Below, in pieces: positions 40,778 to 53,423 of a DNA stretch of 64,000 bases. Made by a program: the position numbers and the translations under genes. The DNA comes from Octopus vulgaris (lineage: Eukaryota). The stretch spans positions 100,254,001 through 100,318,000 of the forward strand of contig OX597821.1 of assembly GCA_951406725.2 (NCBI GenBank). The letters run 5' to 3'. Position 1 is the stretch's first letter; each line of letters opens with the position of its first letter. The notes under the pieces are model-generated. The model was not told where the DNA came from, made no database searches, and saw only the letters and a list, made by a program, of their open reading frames with translations.

Positions 40778-42093
40778 TGTATGTATGTATGTATGTATGC
40801 ATGTATGTATGCATGTATATGCATACTCATATCCACATATGTATGTATCTGTGTTTGCGCTTGTATTTGTCTCCCACGAACCGATTGACAACCGGTGCTG
40901 GTTTGTTTACGTCCCCGTTTGCTAGCGGTTCGACAAAAGCGATCAATAGAATAAGTACCAGGCTTTTAAAAAGTATCCAGTGGGTTTGATTCGGTCGACT
41001 AAAACCACTGAACGTAATGTCCCATGACGTTCGCAGTCCACTGACCAAAGCAAGCTTTTAAAAAATGCAGTATGAAAGATAATCCTTGTCAATCTTCTTT
41101 GTCTAATGTTAGGGCATCCAAAAGTTTTCTCCGGACTCGTAATCAATACAACAATCAACTGTTATTTTTTCAGTGATATCTCTCATCCCTTAACATCTCG
41201 TAATATCATTATACTCTGATAACACCTTGCTGACGAAAGTTGAAATCACCACTGCTCTGTAATTTTGTCTCATAAAATATTTCGAATCTTATTCTCGAAT
41301 TCGTCCTTTTTATTCACTGAACGTTATCTTCCGTTAATGTTCGTGCAATATCTATCTAAACAATAACTTCCAACATATATCTATCGACTTAACATTGTAT
41401 TTATCTCTCAATCTCAGAGTATATCGCTCTATCTATTTTTCTAGGTGTGTATCTCTGTGGCGATCTCAATAAAACACACACACACACACAAACTCTCTTT
41501 CTCTCTCTGTGCCACTCTGCCTATCCACACCCATTTGTGTATATCTTATAGATGAAAGAAAATTCATATTCTGCTGTAAGTTAATAAAAGATCACAAGGA
41601 AATAGATAAGCAAAGAGGAATGGATGAGGTGGGGAAAGAAAGAAATTATCCCAAGACAGAGATTTCAAAAAACTGTGAAGACAACAGGAAAAAAAACTCA
41701 AAATACACCCACATCACACCTTCTAATATCTGGTTAACAACTGACTTTAAAAGAGTGAATAAAATATAAAATAAATGACCAGGACATAGATATAAAATGA
41801 AATCAAATAATTTATAGATAACAAAACACCCCTCCACTCTAACACAAACATATTGTTATAGCAAAATAAGAATATGGTATAAGATACGAGTGTTTGAGTT
41901 GCTAATATAACTATCTCGATTAAATTGCTTTATGTCCCAATACACGATGAAGCCAGTTCAACTGAAGAACTTAAGAATCTACGAAAATATGTATCTATAT
42001 CGCCTCCAGAAACAGTCAATTTCTCTGAATGTGCGTGTGTCTTTGTGTATGTGTTTGTGTCTCTGTGTGTGAGTGTGCGTTTTTTCTGTGTCC

Positions 42094-42129
42094 CTTTCTG
42101 TGGAAGAGCGTAGGCTCGAAACGTAAAAG
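42094..42129 (+). ncRNA. Minimal hammerhead-like motif, A6U variant (copy 3, most intact)
   Basis: CTTT CTGTGGA A GAGC-gtag-GCTC GAA ACGT A AAAG; the element ends ttcgtaaactctccc(TA)n. Confidence 0.62.
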
Positions 42130-42253
42130 ACTATTTCTGTTGCTGAGCGTTATACTAATACATCTGTTTGTTTTGTACACCCTGTCTTCGTCTTTTGTTT
42201 TTTTTTCGTAAACTCTCCCTATATATATATGTGCATATATATATATGTATACA

Positions 42254-42289
<36 letters not shown>

Positions 42290-42297
42290 CATATATG

Positions 42298-42330
<33 letters not shown>

Positions 42331-42516
42331 GCATTAACACGTGTATACGCCGACAGGCACACATAATCACGATGTCACATACATATATGAGTACGTAAAC
42401 ACAAATAGATGCATGTACATAGGAATATAAACATATAAGCAGATATTTCCACACATACTCACACATACACACTCACACATATATATATATATTCATATAT
42501 ATATGTATATATATGC

Positions 42517-42548
<32 letters not shown>

Positions 42549-42563
42549 GTATATATATATATG

Positions 42564-42649
<86 letters not shown>

Positions 42650-42820
42650 CGTACACACACACATACACAGGGGTAAGTAAATTGATTACTTATGTAAGAT
42701 CCGTCTTGCGAGAAAACTCGTGAGACGAAACTTCGCTAAGTAATCAATTTCATCTGTTATAATAAATGCATTAGACTCTGCAAAGTCCTAACTTTGTGGT
42801 TGTGGTGCGGATTTCTTTAC

Positions 42821-42865
<45 letters not shown>

Positions 42866-42885
42866 AAACTTGTATACATGCCTAC

Positions 42886-42942
<57 letters not shown>

Positions 42943-43598
42943 AAACTTATATACATGCCTACATATGTATTTATGATTATGTATATATATGTATATCCTA
43001 TCTTACTTGCACCACTACATGTATATGTCTGAGCGAGTGTGTGTGTATTTACGTACATATAAAAAGTTATGTGTGTGTGTATATGTGTGTTTTTACGTGA
43101 AGTAAAGCGCTTAGGAATCACGTGTTTCTGGCTTCAGTCTGAGCAGACGCTATGTGGGCCAGTGTCTTATTTTACTTCTTGTATTAACTGACATTTACTA
43201 TGAAGAATATTTATTCGAGAGACACTGTCTTGAATACCATCGAATAAGCCCAAATTTCATTCTGCCACAGTTCAGTCTAGAGATACCTACACACATACAA
43301 ACACATACACAAACAGTCTCCTACATACGCACACAGATTATCATTGTTTCATCATTATCATTGTTTCAACGCTTTCTTTTCTGTGGTTGTATGGAATTTC
43401 CCCGAAACAGATTTTTTTGGTCGGGTGCCTTTCCTATCGCCAACACGGAAAAATGGAGGAGAATGACACCGCATTTAAAAGAGTAAAAGAGTAAAAGAGC
43501 TTACAGCTGTCTCTGCGATAAGATACAATGGACTCATAGTGGAATTCCTGAATAAAACCTTATAGCTATATACCCTTAATATATATATTCCAAGAGAG

Positions 43599-43660
<62 letters not shown>

Positions 43661-43699
43661 ACATATATATATATGTATGTATGTAAATATGTATGTATG

Positions 43700-45440
43700 T
43701 AAATTCCAAGAGAGTTAGAGGTTGTGAATCCAACCAACTAAGGGATAATATCTATCCAATACACTGCTGGTAGAATACTCAATTATTAATACACAAGTGT
43801 TTTTTATTGCATGGCAATTACACTGTCGAGTGTAATAAATAGGCGAGGGTAAATAGTTATGTTACCCTTAATTCATACAGCAATAAGAAAATGGAGGGGA
43901 TCAATAGGTGGTATTCATCAAATCTTAGACATTATATTATGTCAATTTATAAATTTTTAGAAAGACAATTATAACAATATATATGCATATATAACACATT
44001 ATACTTTACATATATCATCATATATATAAAATATATTACTGATATTTTTATATTTTATATATTATATATGTAATGTATAATATGTTATATATGCGAAACA
44101 CAAGCCCTGGGTGACGAAGAAGATTAAACGAGAACTTCGACTCAGAGATATTGCTTGGGCTGAATTCAAAAATCTGGATTCGACTGCAGCTTTTGAGGTG
44201 TACAAAACTCAACGAAACCGAGCCGTGAAAATTGAAAAGGAAGAACGCTTCAGTTATAAATACAAAATCGCGGCAAATGCCAGTAGCAATCCAAAAACCT
44301 TCTTTGCCCATGTCCAACGGAATTCCCGCTTGAACAACCACATTGCAACGTTGGTAGACTCAACAGGCGTATCGATAAGGACCCTTATCAACAGAGTCAA
44401 TTATTTGCCGAGGCTTTTTCAACTATTTTCAAACAAGATGATGGTCGTGAACCCCCTCCATTTGATAGATCAGTACCTCCAATGCTTCGATTGGTCATCA
44501 CGCGGGACCAAGTCAAACGTGTTATTCAAGGCCTCGATGTCAACAAGGGTCACGGCCCTGACGGCATACACCCACGGGTTATCAAAGCGTTGGCTCCGGT
44601 CATCTGCGAGCCCTTAACACGTCTATTCAATATGTCATTGGCGACGGGTGTTATACCTGCGGACTGGAGAACAGCGATAATCTGCCCAATTTTCAAGAAA
44701 GGGAGCCGCGAAGACCCGCTTAACTACCGACCGGTTTCCCTTACATCAATAATCAGCAAGATGTTCGAAACCATCCTTAAGAAAAGTATGATGCTCCACC
44801 TCCAAAACACAGCCTCTATCTCTGATTCCCAAGCCTCTTCTCCTTATCTCCTCAAAGATATACAGCATCTCGAAAGAGTCCAGAAGCTGGCTACCCGCAT
44901 GGTTCATGGTCTCAAAAATTTGTCCTATGAAGAAAGGCTGAGGACGCTCGACATTTATTCTCTAGAAAACGCCGCCGCCGTGGTGATCTCATTCTCGCCC
45001 ACAACATCATAAGCGGAAAGTGTAACCTCTCGAAAGAGCTGTTCTTCACTCCTGATCCAGAGCGTCGGCTGCGGGGTCATTCCGAAAAGCTCTACCTGCG
45101 ACGATTTCATCCCAATCGAAGGAGAGGAGCTTTCTCCGTCCGGGTTGCGGATCCGTGGAACAAGCTGCCAGACGAGATGGTGAAGATGCCGACTACCGCT
45201 TTGTTCAAAGCCTCCCTGGACCTCAAGTGGCCTGAACTCTTTACATGAACACCACCCTGTACTTAACTCCATGTCCCCCTACATGGCCTTGCTATTTGCT
45301 TTTGAGCCAAATTAACTAACTAACTAACTAACTAACTAACATATTGTTAAAATTGTCTTTTTAAAAAACAGATAGACATAATATAATGTCTAAAACTTGA
45401 TGAATTCCACCTATTGATCCCCTTATTTTTCTTATTGCTA
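43700..45440. mobile_element. pLTR-like fold-back (arms 43880-43980 and 45341-45440) with a CR1 LINE in the loop
   Basis: About 100-bp inverted repeat; the left end shares ttagaggttgtg with the 33339 element. Confidence 0.65.
44098..45340 (+). mobile_element. CR1 LINE, 5'-truncated with the RT core deleted
   Basis: PWVTK, GPDGIHPRV, PIFKKG..DP.NYRPVSLTS, LERVQKLATR, SYEERL, RLRGH and FSVRV..WNKLP motifs; (CTAA)n tail. Confidence 0.93.
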
Positions 45441-45689
45441 TATATATACGACGGGCTTTCACTTTCCGTCTAGCAAATCCACTCACAAGGCTTTGTTTGG
45501 CCCGAGGCTATAGCAGAAGACACGTCCCTAAGATGCCACTGTGACTGAACTGAAAACTATGAGTTTAGGAAACAATATTTTAAGCTCAATGTCACACATG
45601 CGCGTATTGCGCATGTTTGAGCATATGTGTATTTTGGTATCTATACAAATGTGCCTGCATATGTCTCGATATTAGTAATATATATTCTT

Positions 45690-46107
45690 TTATTCTTCTA
45701 CTCTTTTCTAGTTTCAGTCATTAAGGCACCGCCATAATTCGAGAAAATCGTCCCCAGGACTTATTCTTTGCAAACCTAGTAGTTATTCTATCATTCTCTT
45801 TTGCCGATCCGCTAAGTTGCGCTTATGTAAACATACCAACATCTGTTTTCAAGCGAAGGTTGGGACACACAATTACACGCATATATATGTATATGTATGT
45901 GTGTGTGTGTATGTGTGTATGTGTGTGTGTGTGTGTGTGTGTATACGACGTGTTTCTTTCACTTTCCGTCTACCAAATCAACTCACAAGGTTTTGGTCGG
46001 GCCGAGGCTAGAGTAGAAGACACTTGCTCAAGGTGCTTAGTGGGACTGAACCTGGAACCATATGGTTGGGAAGCAAGCTTCTAACCACACAACCACACCT
46101 GCGCCTA
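45690..46107 (-). mobile_element. SINE family A (additional partial copies at 45448-45600, 46678-46755, 48143-48260, 40860-41050 and 55215-55385)
   Basis: Similarity to the family A consensus. Confidence 0.85.
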
Positions 46108-46394
46108 TGTATATTATATTCTTTTACTCTCTTACGTGTTTCAAACCAAAGGCTGTGGCCATTCTGGGGCAATGCCAGTGGAATCTCATTTCCAATGACC
46201 ATTCATATGGTATTGGCTTTTGCTGAAGGAGGGAGTTCGATATTGGTACCATGTTTTGAGCTTCTTGCTGTGATGGTTCATATTCGACCTTGGATCATTG
46301 GAGGTTAAGTTGTTCCATCAAAACATTTACCCCTACTCCGTGAAGAACCCTCTGGTATTTTGGCTATATATATATATATATATATATATATACT

Positions 46395-46578
46395 CTTTAT
46401 GACAAGAAGATCTGTTGACTGATAATCGACTGATAATCGACTCCGGATTGTATATGACATGGATGTAAAGACTTGTGCGGCAATAACATTCACCTCTTAC
46501 AGAGTCGATTATCAGTCAACACAGTAATAAGTTACAGAAAAGGGTGACGAGATAGAAATCCCATCTTCTTGTCATAAA

Positions 46579-46579
<1 letters not shown>
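46395..46579. repeat. Nested fold-back between (TA)n and (TG)/(TA)n tracts
   Basis: ctttatgacaagaagat / atcttcttgtcataaag outer arms and tgttgactgataatcgac / gtcgattatcagtcaaca inner arms. Confidence 0.8.
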
Positions 46580-46657
<78 letters not shown>

Positions 46658-48408
46658 CACATATACATATATATTCATACGATGGGTTTCTTCCATCTTC
46701 CGTCTACCAAATCCACTCACAAGGCTTTGATCTGCCTGAGGCTATAGTAGAAGACATATATATATATATATAAGCCTCACACATACATGCATATGCATAT
46801 ATAATGCATACATACACAAACACACATATATATATATCTTATATGTATATTTATATATAAACATGTAAATACATGCATGGATAAATGCATGTTTATTTGT
46901 GTGTATATGCATGCATCTCTCCGTTCATGCATACATAAATCTGCCTGAGTGCTAGTTTATTTGTAAGTGATAACAATAATACAAAACGATGCATATGTGC
47001 GCATAAGCTTATCTACGGTATCCACTAATTCTAAAATGGAGAATATGTCTTCAATCTACATACAGTTAGGTACCAGCGAAGTAAAGGCCACTTTATCTTA
47101 TGAGAGTATTAGCGCAAATTTCCGTGGGTTGTAACATTTATTTTATTGTGACGATTGACGCACATCATAGGAAAAGAATCAATAAGCCTTATATACCCTC
47201 TCACCAAAAATACTGTTTGAAGATACTAAGAACTTAACGTCAATCTTTTTATTAAGCCGAAACTATTTACTAAGAGTGACAAGTTTCATTAATTCAACCC
47301 TGAAGTCTTTTGATTAAAAATGTAATAATTGACTAAATGGGAGATAAATGCTTTAGAGAAAGTTTTGGTTTAACCTCCGTTTAATCAAATACAACATGTC
47401 CGCGATTATTTTTAACTAAAAACATCTAGGGCGTTCGGCTATTTTGTGTAATGCAATGTCATCTCGTAATATCTCAAACCGTATTATATAAAATAAAGCT
47501 AGGACATTTGATAATTTTCTGTAATGCGGTGTCGTTATATGTAATAACCTAACGGATATTATCCAAAGCAGCTAGGGCATTTGATAATCTTTTGCATCCT
47601 CATTAAAACAGGTAACGTATTTCAAACGAATGTGCTTTATGCTTGCGTATGTGTTTGCATTTGAGTATATCAGGGCGTATGTGTGTGAGTACATGCGCAT
47701 TTGTCTGTATGGATGGGTGTGTATTTGTGTGTGCGTGTACATGCGTGTCTGTGTGTGTGTTTGTATTAGTCATGTTGTCTTCTTCCCTAGTGTTTTGAAA
47801 TACAGACTTGATGTCATAAAACACAGGATATTGAAATGCGTTTCCGTATTCTCGGGATGTCAGAGAACAGTTTGCGATAGCAAATGGGAAGATAACGTGC
47901 TTATGCAGCTGCTCTTTCTAATGCTGAGATACATGCTTTAAATATTTTATATACAAAAGATTAACGACGTGCTTCCCTTTTATAAACACTCGTACATGGC
48001 CTCCTGTTGTTTTACAAACAGAATAAATATTCTTTTTCCATAGAAATATAGCTATATATGCAAAAACAAAAGTAGAGAACAAAAGAAGTTTTACACAAGT
48101 TGAACATGATATTCATATTAGTTGGCTCTGTTGTTATAAAGCTCGCACTGATTTCGGGTTCAATCCTACTGTGTGGCACTTTGGGAAAAGATCTTCGACT
48201 AACATTACCAATGTCTTGTAAGTGAATTTGGTAGATGGAGTCTGTATGGAAGCCAGCCGTTTATATATATATATATATACATACGTACATACATACAAAT
48301 ATACATACGTACCTACATACGTAGATACATACATAACATGTATACATATATATATACATATGCATATACACACACATATATATACTTACATACATATATA
48401 CATATATG

Positions 48409-48477
<69 letters not shown>

Positions 48478-48479
<2 letters not shown>

Positions 48480-49167
48480 TTAATAATAAAGGGTAAAATT
48501 AATTAATTAATTAATCAATTAATTAATAATTAATAATTCTACCAAGTAGTTCGGTATGTTAAAAGAATCATTATCGGTAAAACTTAAACAAAAATTCTTA
48601 TAATTATGAGTATAATTATAATTAGTGTTCAGCAAAGAAATTTGCTTTACCACTTTATTATTAATGATGATATAATTCTCTCTCTAATAGTAAACTACAG
48701 TTTTGTTTCTGTAGAATTTTACATGATATTACACGTGGGTGGGTGAGGGAAAATACGAGATCTCATTCGTCTGTTTGAATTCAGAGGTACTGGTCATTGG
48801 ATATAATTTGTCTGGTGTCGCTGGAATCAGATAAGGTATGTTAATTTTTTTCTTTTTTTACAGTGCTCTCAATTTTAAAGTCTTGAAGTACTGTGCTGAA
48901 GAGCGAGAATGATAGAATGGAAATGTGGCTTTTGCATTTTTCATATCTATCTAACTCCGAAACGCGTTCACAGTTAATGTAAACCGAGTGAATTCGTTAC
49001 TTTTTTTCTCTTTACCTGCGTGGGTTGTTGAGTATTGTCGTCTGGGAGATTTTCTTATGGTAGAGAAATAACGAGTTTTGGATGCTATTTCTAAATTTCG
49101 GTAGGTGGTGAAGCAAATTTCTTTGCTGAACCCTAATTATAATTATACTTATAATTATAAGAATTTT

Positions 49168-49170
<3 letters not shown>
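48478..49170 (+). mobile_element. ORF-less HHR element with an inverted terminal copy, in (TA)n
   Basis: 48591-48652 is inverted relative to 49105-49168; 48478-48498 is inverted relative to 48646-48666. Confidence 0.78.
48890..48974 (+). ncRNA. Type-I hammerhead ribozyme with canonical core
   Basis: ACTGTG CTGAAGA [long stem II G..GAG/GATAGA...TCTATC/CTCC] GAA ACGCGT T CACAGT. Confidence 0.82.
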
Positions 49171-49237
<67 letters not shown>

Positions 49238-49323
49238 GCAGTGACCCAGCATAGCCACAGCTCGTGAGCTGAAACTAGATAAAATAAAGAATATATGTAT
49301 ATATATATATACATATATATATA

Positions 49324-50156
49324 CAGGGTACTGTGAATAAACTGTCGTCTAAATTGCGCAAACATGAAAATAACACTAACATCTCATTTTAGCAGATATA
49401 TTTACCAAAATTACACTAAAATATCTTGAAATACTAAAGAGTAAATTTATTCAATGAAATTGCCATTGGCTTCAACCACAGCCTCCAGACAACTTTAAAT
49501 TCTCCCGCAACTCTTGTGGGCGGTGTACTTGCTTAAGATGGTGAATACTGTCATAATCCTTGCCCTCAGTTCATCTTCTGTGTTACAAGGAGTTCTGTTG
49601 GTCTCACGCTCAATTGCACCCACACATAATAATCATGGAGGTTGCACTGTGAGGAGTTAGGTGGCCAGATGTTAGGGATGATGTGTCGCAGAAATTGTCC
49701 GACAGCCATGACTGGTTCCTTCTGCTTGTGTGGCATGGTGAAAGAGTCCTGTTGGCAGATATAGGTTCTTCCAGCAGCCCATCGTAGCACTACCTGCCCC
49801 AAGCACTTGATGTAGGCCTCCGTGTTGAGTCTGAGGTCGTGTGGGAAGATGAATGGCTGCATAACGTCGCCGTCACTAGTAATCACTCCAAACACCATAA
49901 TGCTGAGTGGATGTTTGATTTTTATCACATTTGGTACGTGTTCACATTGGAACATGTTTGTATTGGAGCTTCTGGCGCGAATGCCAAGCAGGACAGAATG
50001 TCGTTTCTAAATTTCTGGCAGAATTAACTGAGTCATATTGTTGTTTTTCTCACAGACTGTGCCCAACAGACGATACGATACTGTGTAGTCGACAAAAAAT
50101 TAAAAAAACAATGCGCTTGCGCGAAACTAAAATTATAAAATGGCCTCAATGTACCC
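49324..50156 (-). mobile_element. Degenerate maT/DD37D-like Tc1/mariner transposon
   Basis: KHPLSIMVFGVITSDG...QQDS...WPPNS..CN..DYYVW; TA|cagggt terminus. Confidence 0.82.
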
Positions 50157-50199
50157 ATACACATATTTGTGTCTGTGTGTGTGTGTGTATATATATATA

Positions 50200-50383
50200 T
50201 AGGAGTTCAGGAGAAACGACCACTCGGAAGGCCTCCGCGACGGTGGAGTTATGAATTCAGGAGGTTGACTGAGATCACGCGGATGAAAAAGGCGCGATCT
50301 AGAGAGGAGTGGCTAGCGTGCTGTGACCAGCGTTTTCAAATGGACACCCGACGGACTGGTCGGTCAAGGCGATCAAGGTTATA
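50200..50383 (+). mobile_element. RTE LINE 3' end
   Basis: KRPLGRPPRRW...A.SREEW C-terminal motif followed by a short tandem tail tcaaggcgatcaagg. Confidence 0.75.
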
Positions 50384-50482
50384 AATATATATAGAGACAG
50401 ACAGACAGATTGATGGATGGACAGACAGAGAGAGAGACAGACAAACAGACCGACAGACATACATGTATGTATATATACATCC

Positions 50483-50514
<32 letters not shown>

Positions 50515-50709
50515 CTATTGATGGGTGCAAGTTCTCCCCAATTTTTTTTAGGGTACAAAATCTAAGTTTGCACCTCGTCTTTCTTTTCTCGGGTTTATAA
50601 AAGAGTGTGTATAAATTGATTTGTAAAAAGTAGCTCCAAGTTAATTTTCTCAAAGAACGAAGGACAAATGTAAATAACAAAAATAATATATCAATAGTTT
50701 AATCTAACA

Positions 50710-50935
50710 AGCATTTTTAGAGAGTTATAGCAAAAAAATAGCAAAAAAATGGAAAAAATGATGGTAAATTTTTTTTTGAGATTTAAAAAAGGTAGAGTTG
50801 CGTCCCCTAGACAGTTTGTGGTTCGTATTCCTGATTCTCGACCCCATGTCGAATTTATCGATTTTTTTCAGAACTGGGGGAACTTTTCAAAATTTTCGCT
50901 GCGTTAGTTTTGAATTATGACATTGGGCTATGTGC
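50710..50935 (-). mobile_element. Internal Helitron fragment flanked by 22-bp direct repeats
   Basis: Reverse complement matches about 53150-53373; ATATCAATAGTTTAATCTAACA at 50688-50709 and 50936-50957. Confidence 0.85.
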
Positions 50936-51128
50936 ATATCAATAGTTTAATCTAACAGTTATATACACATATAATTTAATAACAGTTATATATAATATAA
51001 TAACGGTTATATGTAAGTTAAAAAAATATCTAATAGATTTAAATGATATAACTCATTTCAATAAATTGATATAGTGTCATCAATTTATCTAAAAATATTA
51101 CAATAATTCTCTTAATATTATTTTGCAT

Positions 51129-51520
51129 TAAGGCGGCGAGATGACAAAAACGTTAGCACGCCGGGCGATATGCTTAGTGGTATTTCGTTTGCCACTACGT
51201 TCTGAGTTCAAATTCCGCCGAGGTCGACTTTGCCTTTCATCCTTTCGGGGTCGATTAAATAAGTACCATTTACGCACTGGGGTCGATATAATCGACTTAA
51301 TCCGTTTGTCTGTTCTTGTTTGTACTCTATGTGTTTAGCCCCTTGTGGGCAATAAAGAAATAAGAAACGTTAGCACGCCGGGCGAAATTCCTAGCGGTAT
51401 TTCGTCTCTCTTTACGTTCTGAGTTCAAATTCCGCCGAGGTTGACTTTGCTCTTTCATCCTTTCGGGATCAATAGATTAAGTACCAGTTGCGTACTAGGG
51501 TCAATCTAATGGACTGGACC
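51129..51520 (+). mobile_element. Dimeric SINE family B (similar dimer at 60420-60815; monomers at 52272-52506, 59940-60130 and 63290-63420)
   Basis: Full monomer followed by a 5'-clipped second monomer. Confidence 0.9.
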
Positions 51521-51542
51521 ACTTTTATACTACACACGCACG

Positions 51543-51598
<56 letters not shown>

Positions 51599-51644
51599 TG
51601 TACGTATGTATGTGTGTGTATATGTAAAATAAAATAAACAAATG

Positions 51645-51892
51645 TGCCCTTTTTTAAAGCCTAGCCAGTCTCATGGGCCCGGTTTCCCTGTTTCTATGGC
51701 GTATGTGTTCCCCAGCTGGACGGGACGCCAGTCCATCGCAGCGTTACTCATTTTTGCCAGCTGAATAGACTGGAGCAACGTGAAATGAAGTGTTTTGCTT
51801 AAGAACACAACGCTTCGCCCGGTCCAGGAGTCGAAACCACAATCTTACGATCATGATGCTGACACCCTAACCACTAAGCCACGCGCCTCCAC
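51645..51892 (-). mobile_element. Full-length SINE family C
   Basis: tRNA head, CORE-like segment, gcgatggactggcgtcccgtccag and gaaaccgggcccatgag tail. Confidence 0.88.
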
Positions 51893-53041
51893 GTGTGTAT
51901 ATATACACAGGCGTATATATTCACCATATTCACCCTGCGAAAAACTGCCTCCACGAAAAACTGCAAATCTTCCAACAATCCGCAGTATTCATCAACAAGA
52001 AATGCGATTTCTCGTATTGCTGTCAGCATTGATACGCTCTTCTGGCAATTTTCAGGCTTCTGACTGACGCAAACCCGGATATACCCACTTTGCACCAGTT
52101 GCTACTCTGCACCACCTGCACCAAGGTCACCGGTATCAACCAACCCCATGAGCTGGACCACCATTTGCCAATCCCCAACTTTTCCCAATCCCCAGCGCTT
52201 GTTTTGCGCGAGTGTACTCGCACGTGCGTACATATGCACATGCGTACGCGCACTGGTATGCATGCCTGCATCAAGGCGGCGAGCTGGCAGAATCGTTAGC
52301 GCGCCGGGCGAAATGCTTTGCGGTATATCGTCTGTCGCTACGTCCTGAGTTCAAATTTCGCCAAGGTCGACTTTGCCTTTCATCCTTTCGGGGTCGATAA
52401 ATTAAGTACCAGTTACGCACTGGGGTCGATGTAATCGACTTAATCCGTTTGTTTGTCCTTGTTTGTCCCTTCTATGTTTAGCCCCTTGTGGGTAGTAAAG
52501 AAATAGGTATGCATGCCTGCATGCATGCGAATATGCATATGTACATATCAATGAATACGCATGTGTGTATGGGTGTATGTCTGTGCATGTGTGCGCATGC
52601 ATGTGTATGTGCTTGCGTGTGCGCGTGCTTTTCGTCCAAGCGTCTGTCTATAAGTGTGTGTGTGTGTAGACGACGTGCGTGCGTGTACGCCCATGTATAA
52701 ATGCGCACACTCACATCAATATACACATGCACGCAAAACTCTATGTGCGCGTTTTCACACACATATATAGAACTATACATTTGCATATGCCACCCCTTCC
52801 TACTTCCCTCCCCAACAAACTGACCGATTTCTAATCCCCACGTACTCTATTTCCTGTTCTCTACGTGGTGAATTTCTTGTTCGCTATGCGGTATTTCCCC
52901 CCAACTAACTGTTACCCATATACCAACATCAAACCACCACATCGCGTGATCTTACTCGACCAATTGCAGCCCACCTTACGATAATAACAGTCAACTTCTG
53001 TCATTCAAATTCAAAATGGCTGACGACCAGCATGATCAATA

Positions 53042-53423
53042 TCTCTCTATATATAAACGGCAGTTTGTCTGTGCGTTTTCTGTGTGTCTGTTTTCTCGTA
53101 CCCTCACTCTGACCACGGCTTTCAACCGATTCTGATGAAATTTGACACACACATAGCCCAATGTCATAATTCAAAACTAACGCAGCGAAAATTTTGAAAA
53201 GTTCCCCCAGTTCTGAAAAAATCGATAAATTCGACATGGGGTCGAGAATCAGAAACCCAAACCACAGACCGTCTAGGGGACGCAACTCCACCTTTTTTAA
53301 CACTCAAAAAAATTTACCATCATTTTTTTCCCATTTTTTTGCTATTTTTTGGCTATAACTCTCTAAAAATGCTTTATAGTTATTTCCCTTACAAACCTGA
53401 GCAACGCCGGGCGATACTGCTAG
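53042..53423 (+). mobile_element. Complete non-autonomous Helitron (382 bp)
   Basis: A|TC 5' end, subterminal hairpin cctgagc-aac-gccggg, CTAG|T 3' end, no TSD. Confidence 0.9.

Noticed and set aside
43497-43515. Minus-strand GAGACAGCTGTAAG half-hammerhead
   Set aside because: GAAA is mutated and there is no upstream core
53131-53145. CTGATGAAA motif
   Set aside because: Part of the Helitron ccgatt...aaattt motif, with no stems
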